Shown here: positions 60,127 through 64,000 of the stretch, piece by piece
Position numbering within the stretch: position 1 is the first letter of the stretch
Layout: each line of letters begins with the position of its first letter
IMG/VR virus record: IMGVR_UViG_3300032309_002680
Length of the DNA stretch: 64,000 bases
Source of the DNA: an uncultured virus (IMG/VR IMGVR_UViG_3300032309_002680)
Taxonomy: Duplodnaviria; Heunggongvirae; Uroviricota; Caudoviricetes
Direction: 5' to 3' (one strand)
The notes under the pieces: generated by a model
Seen by the model: the letters and a program-made list of their open reading frames with translations, nothing else
What the model was told of the DNA's origin: nothing
Databases searched by the model: none
Position numbers and translations under genes: made by a program

Positions 60127-61131
60127 ATGACAATTTTAATGGAAGAGATTTTAGCAAAACTGGATTCAAAAACAAGAGACAGAGTTCAGTCTGCAGTAGA
60201 TGTTAAAATCATAAAACAAAAAACTCCAAGCATTGGTTTAAACTTAGCACTCAACGGTGGACTTGGACATGGAAGACAGGCCTTGGTATGGGGAAATAAG
60301 TCTTCTGGTAAATCTTCCTTTTGTTTGCAAATGATTGCTCTTGCTCAAAAAGAAGGAAAAACTTGCGCTTGGATTGACGCAGAGCATTCTTACTCTCCAG
60401 AGTGGGCAGAAAAATTAGGTGTTGACTCATCAAAACTAATATACTCGCCAGCTAAAACTATTAATGACATGGTGGACGTTGCAACAAAACTTATGTCTGC
60501 AGATATAGATATTATTGTAGTTGATTCAATATCAGCTTTGTTGCCTGCAATATATTTTGAAAAAGATGGCGACGAGTTAAAAGATTTACAAGATACAAAA
60601 CAGATAGGCGCAGAAGCAAAGGATATGACCCACGCAGTCAAAATGTTAAACTATGCAAACAAAAACACATTATTGGTTCTCATTTCACAGCAAAGAAACC
60701 AGTTTGGATCTATGCACGCCTCCCATATTCCAACAGGGGGAATGGCGGTCAAGTTCTTTTCTTCTACGGTCATTAAGCTTTGGTCCTCAGAAGCTGAGGC
60801 TAATGCTATCAAGGCAGGTATTAAAGTTGGCGATAAAATTATTGAACAGAGAGTTGGAAGGCCAGTCAATTGGATTGTCGATTACAACAAACTCGGCCCC
60901 CCTAATTTATCAGGACAGTACGACTTCTATTACCAAGGAGATCATTTAGGAGTTGACGATATTGGAGAAACTTTAGACGTAGCAGAAATGTGCGGATTAG
61001 TTGAAAAAGGTGGCGCTTGGTACACAGTTAACTCAGAAAGATTGCAGGGTAGAGCTAAAGCCGTACAGTATCTAAAGGATAATCCAAAAGTTGTTGAAAA
61101 ACTTAAGAAAGATATAGATGCTAAGATTTAA
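60127..61131 (+). CDS. recA: RecA/UvsX-like recombinase
   Basis: GNKSSGKS, WIDAEH, VVDSI, TGG.A.KF, GAWY. Confidence 0.92.
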   Translation: MTILMEEILAKLDSKTRDRVQSAVDVKIIKQKTPSIGLNLALNGGLGHGRQALVWGNKSSGKSSFCLQMIALAQKEGKTCAWIDAEHSYSPEWAEKLGVDSSKLIYSPAKTINDMVDVATKLMSADIDIIVVDSISALLPAIYFEKDGDELKDLQDTKQIGAEAKDMTHAVKMLNYANKNTLLVLISQQRNQFGSMHASHIPTGGMAVKFFSSTVIKLWSSEAEANAIKAGIKVGDKIIEQRVGRPVNWIVDYNKLGPPNLSGQYDFYYQGDHLGVDDIGETLDVAEMCGLVEKGGAWYTVNSERLQGRAKAVQYLKDNPKVVEKLKKDIDAKI

Positions 61132-62032
61132 TGACATTGAAAATGTAAAGGCATATAAGTTAATGGATGGAGCAATCCTGTACCAAAATGTTTTAAAAGA
61201 TACTGAATCAATACTGTCATTTTTTAAAGAAGCAGAATTATACAAAGAAGATGTGTACGTAATGAAAAAATTTCATAATTGGGGGCAGTACGGAGTAATG
61301 ACTGAAATTGACTCAACCAGCTACCATGGATTTACCCCAGAATATTTTGATCCAAATGATCAAGAGCAAGTAAAACAAAAATCGGTTTTTGAAAAACTTG
61401 AAGATGCTTACAATTTTGTTAAAAAAGATTTTATGATTAAATATGGAAATAAAGATATTTGGCCAAGTCATTATAGCAAAGTCGATCTTTTTAATGAATC
61501 TGAAAATACAAGAATTGCATTTTTGAAATATGATTTAGAGCTGGCAAAAAAAGCCGAACTACAAAAAATTAATTTTAGTGCTTTTCATAGCGATTTTTTT
61601 GAACAAGACATGGACACCCCTGGATATAAATTAATTTTTACTGTTATGATATATTTAAATGATGAATACGATGGAGGGGAAATATGTTTTTGGGATGGAA
61701 AAAAAATAGTAGGATACAAACCAAAATCTGGGGACATTTTTGTTTTCCCTTCTTGTGAGCCATTTTATCACGGAGTTTTAAATATTAATAAATCTGATCG
61801 GTACGCAATTAGAATGAACTACACCGCAATTACAGAAGGGTCAGAAGAATTTAAAAATGGAACCTTTACACCATCATTAAATTATACTAACTATAAAGTA
61901 GGATACAGATGGATAAAAGATGGAAATAAGTTTTACTCTAGCCCAGAAGCAGAAAAGCAAATTTCTACTTCCCCCCCATTAATTTTAAATTTAGATCAAA
62001 TGGAAAGAGTGTTAATTGATGCCAAACATTAA
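61118..62032 (+). CDS. Prolyl-4-hydroxylase-like 2OG-Fe(II) oxygenase
   Basis: HSD...YLNDEYDGGEI...FPS..PFYHGV......RY. Confidence 0.85.
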   Translation: MLRFNDIENVKAYKLMDGAILYQNVLKDTESILSFFKEAELYKEDVYVMKKFHNWGQYGVMTEIDSTSYHGFTPEYFDPNDQEQVKQKSVFEKLEDAYNFVKKDFMIKYGNKDIWPSHYSKVDLFNESENTRIAFLKYDLELAKKAELQKINFSAFHSDFFEQDMDTPGYKLIFTVMIYLNDEYDGGEICFWDGKKIVGYKPKSGDIFVFPSCEPFYHGVLNINKSDRYAIRMNYTAITEGSEEFKNGTFTPSLNYTNYKVGYRWIKDGNKFYSSPEAEKQISTSPPLILNLDQMERVLIDAKH

Positions 62033-62210
62033 TGAATTTTTTGATAAAAAAGAAATATTACAGCAATCTGCTTTAGAAGAAATTATTGGCACAAAGCCTT
62101 GCCATAAATGCGAAAAGAATGCAGAAAAAGCTTTTTGGGATCCATCAACCTTTACTCTTTCTTGGACATGCCCAGACGGGCACAATTCTCAGCACTTGGT
62201 GAACAGATAA
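62016..62210 (+). CDS. Small Zn-binding protein
   Basis: CHKC...CPDGH. Confidence 0.6.
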   Translation: MMPNINEFFDKKEILQQSALEEIIGTKPCHKCEKNAEKAFWDPSTFTLSWTCPDGHNSQHLVNR

Positions 62211-62521
62211 TGTCAGAAAAATCAGAAGCAAAAAGAGATGGTGCAAAGCAGCAAAAAAATAGTGGACGTGGGGATTACCAAAAAGGGGATGCTCAATGGG
62301 GCAATTTTGTGGTAGATTATAAAGAATATGAAAAAACAATTTCTGTTTCCAAAGATATGTGGGCTAAGATATGCACAGATACATTTAAGGTAAATAGAGA
62401 CAAGCACCCAGTACTTAAACTTGTTCTGGGATCTTCTGGCAATAAAGTAAGGCTTGCAGTAATTGAATGGTCATTGTTAGAACAACTAATAGAATCTGGA
62501 GAAGCTCATGGGATCAAATAA
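62210..62521 (+). CDS. Holliday-junction resolvase-like PD-(D/E)xK nuclease
   Basis: SE...A...G....NSG....KGD......VDYK; ATG at 62210. Confidence 0.65.
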   Translation: MSEKSEAKRDGAKQQKNSGRGDYQKGDAQWGNFVVDYKEYEKTISVSKDMWAKICTDTFKVNRDKHPVLKLVLGSSGNKVRLAVIEWSLLEQLIESGEAHGIK

Positions 62522-62645
62522 CAAAATTCCTTTTAATCCTACTGTTATTAAAAACGGTAGAATTATTAGAATTAGAAAAGACGGAACAATAAAGGCCGAT
62601 CTTGGGCCAGTTAAATCAAATAAAAAGAAGATTAAGCATGTCTGA
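62508..62645 (+). CDS. 45-aa basic mini-protein
   Basis: Read by hand (MGSNNKIPFNPTVIKNGRIIRIRKDGTIKADLG...); GGAG RBS; fills the gap between neighbours. Confidence 0.55.
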   Translation: MGSNNKIPFNPTVIKNGRIIRIRKDGTIKADLGPVKSNKKKIKHV

Positions 62646-62976
62646 GGATAAAAATACTCTTGAGTTAATTAGCTCAATTACAGAATTTAATGACCTTCAT
62701 GAATACATGAGCGATGAACAGCTAGACAAGGCTTTGTCAATTGTGGTAAAATTATTAATGAATCCAGATGTGCCTTCTGCCAAAGCACCATATTTGATTA
62801 TAGAGCTTCAAGCAATGTCAACTAAGTTTTCAATGATGGCTTCAGTTTATTCCACTATTGCAAAGGATAAGGCAGGCTCAGTTAATAATAATAAAAAGAA
62901 CATTTATTATTCAGCAAAAGAGTCTATAGACAAATTGGTAGATGCACTTAAATATGTAGTGAGGTATAATTCATGA
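62638..62976 (+). CDS. Hypothetical protein
   Basis: Helical ORF; ATG 62638 overlaps the upstream mini-ORF. Confidence 0.65.
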   Translation: MSEDKNTLELISSITEFNDLHEYMSDEQLDKALSIVVKLLMNPDVPSAKAPYLIIELQAMSTKFSMMASVYSTIAKDKAGSVNNNKKNIYYSAKESIDKLVDALKYVVRYNS

Positions 62977-63107
62977 AAAAGGCTTGGGCTTTAATTACGA
63001 TATCCGCAACAGCGATCCTTTCAGGTTTAGCGTTATCTAAATTTTTAAAATGGGTTGGGCAAGAAGAAGTTTTTGACTTTGACCTAAGTGATGATGTGGT
63101 AGACTAA
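62973..63107 (+). CDS. 44-aa single-pass membrane mini-protein
   Basis: Read by hand: MKKAWALITISATAILSGLALSKFLKWVG followed by an acidic tail; GAGG RBS. Confidence 0.55.
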   Translation: MKKAWALITISATAILSGLALSKFLKWVGQEEVFDFDLSDDVVD

Positions 63108-63110
63108 TAT

Positions 63111-64000
63111 ATGAAAACATTTTTGGCACAAGAGAAGTATCCAAAATATAAAAATATGATTAACAGCCAGACACATGTACCAGGACAAGATTTCTACCCA
63201 GTTTTAATTAAAAATCTTTTAACTGCCGATGAGTTAAAGGACCTTCAAGACATTTATGATAATTTTCCAGCAGATCAAATTAAAGTTCAGACCTACTCTG
63301 CTCACGCTAGTATTTATCCTACCCTTAAAAATAAAGAAGATATTATAAAAAGAGTTGAAAAATTAGCAAGCGAGGCTGTTGGAGAAGAGCTGGTAGTGCT
63401 AGATATTGAGGGGGCAAGGTATAGCAGAGAGTTTGGTTGGGAAGCAAAATTAGGTCCGCACTATGACGCAAGGCCAGTAGAAATGTATGTTTTAGATTTT
63501 CATGTTAAATCTAATGAAGATTGGAAATTAATTTTTGAATGTGATGAGTTTACCTTTGGAGACAATGAAGGATTACTGTTTAGCGGAACTGGAACAGTTC
63601 ACTGGAGAGACCCCATACGAATTAGAGATGATTCAAGAATCGATTTGCTATTTTTCTGGTTGCAACACAAAAATCCTAGACCAATTTCTGATCAACATTC
63701 AAAAAATATGAAAGAAAGAGAAAAATTCTTTTTGTCAAACATTAATCCAGTCAGGCCATTATCAAAAGATCAGTGGTGGAAACCAATTAAGATATCAGAA
63801 GCTGCTGAAAAACATCCACATTATCAAAAAATAAGCGCAGAAATTTTCAATCCAATTATTCAAAATGAAATTTATATGCACCCTATTTTTAATCAAGAAA
63901 AAGAAATGATTTATTCATCTTGTAAAATAAAAAATAATGAAATTGTCTCTGTTAATTTAGACGAAAATATGACAAAAAAGATTTCAGAAAAGATGTTGCA
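63111..64000 (+). CDS. 2OG-Fe(II) oxygenase, truncated by the window end
   Basis: Read by hand: ARYSREFG...LGPHYD...LLFSGTGTVHWR (HxD...H). Confidence 0.7.
   Translation, partial: MKTFLAQEKYPKYKNMINSQTHVPGQDFYPVLIKNLLTADELKDLQDIYDNFPADQIKVQTYSAHASIYPTLKNKEDIIKRVEKLASEAVGEELVVLDIEGARYSREFGWEAKLGPHYDARPVEMYVLDFHVKSNEDWKLIFECDEFTFGDNEGLLFSGTGTVHWRDPIRIRDDSRIDLLFFWLQHKNPRPISDQHSKNMKEREKFFLSNINPVRPLSKDQWWKPIKISEAAEKHPHYQKISAEIFNPIIQNEIYMHPIFNQEKEMIYSSCKIKNNEIVSVNLDENMTKKISEKML

Noticed and set aside
53190..61131. Inteins or introns in dnaB, dnaE or recA
   Set aside because: Protein lengths are normal and no Hint motifs or frame breaks were seen.
1..64000. tRNA genes, terminase, integrase
   Set aside because: None recognised by eye. 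Intergenic gaps are short and the terminase probably lies outside the window; a tRNAscan run would confirm.

Overview
The window is 64 kb of an AT-rich, large tailed-phage genome with a siphovirus-type morphogenesis module. The gene set and several apparently leaderless promoters suggest an actinobacterial host; this is an inference. Left to right it contains: (1) the end of an accessory cluster (DUF6065-like gene, sulfotransferase); (2) a short minus-strand block (small ORF, candidate three-hairpin sRNA, full-length cytochrome P450, lysozyme-like protein); (3) class II ribonucleotide reductase and a holin; (4) a fibre/appendage module ending in an FN3 + (PFGFT)n + Hint-domain protein, followed directly by an 11-gene modification operon (GNAT, 2OG-Fe(II) oxygenases including prolyl-hydroxylase-like ones, DUF6065-like proteins, GT60-like glycosyltransferase, SDR); (5) head genes (portal, protease/scaffold, capsid); (6) tail genes (tube, -1 frameshifted chaperone, 2140-aa tape measure, minor tail/fibre proteins); (7) a replication module (DnaB, primase, SSB, DnaE, RecA, resolvase) with two more 2OG-Fe(II) oxygenases inserted. 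The best candidate for an undescribed system is the Hint/PFGFT-repeat protein plus its enzyme operon, which looks like a phage pathway for self-processing, hydroxylating and glycosylating a virion peptide. No tRNA, CRISPR array, integrase, terminase or reverse transcriptase was seen. All family calls come from motif recognition by eye, not database searches.
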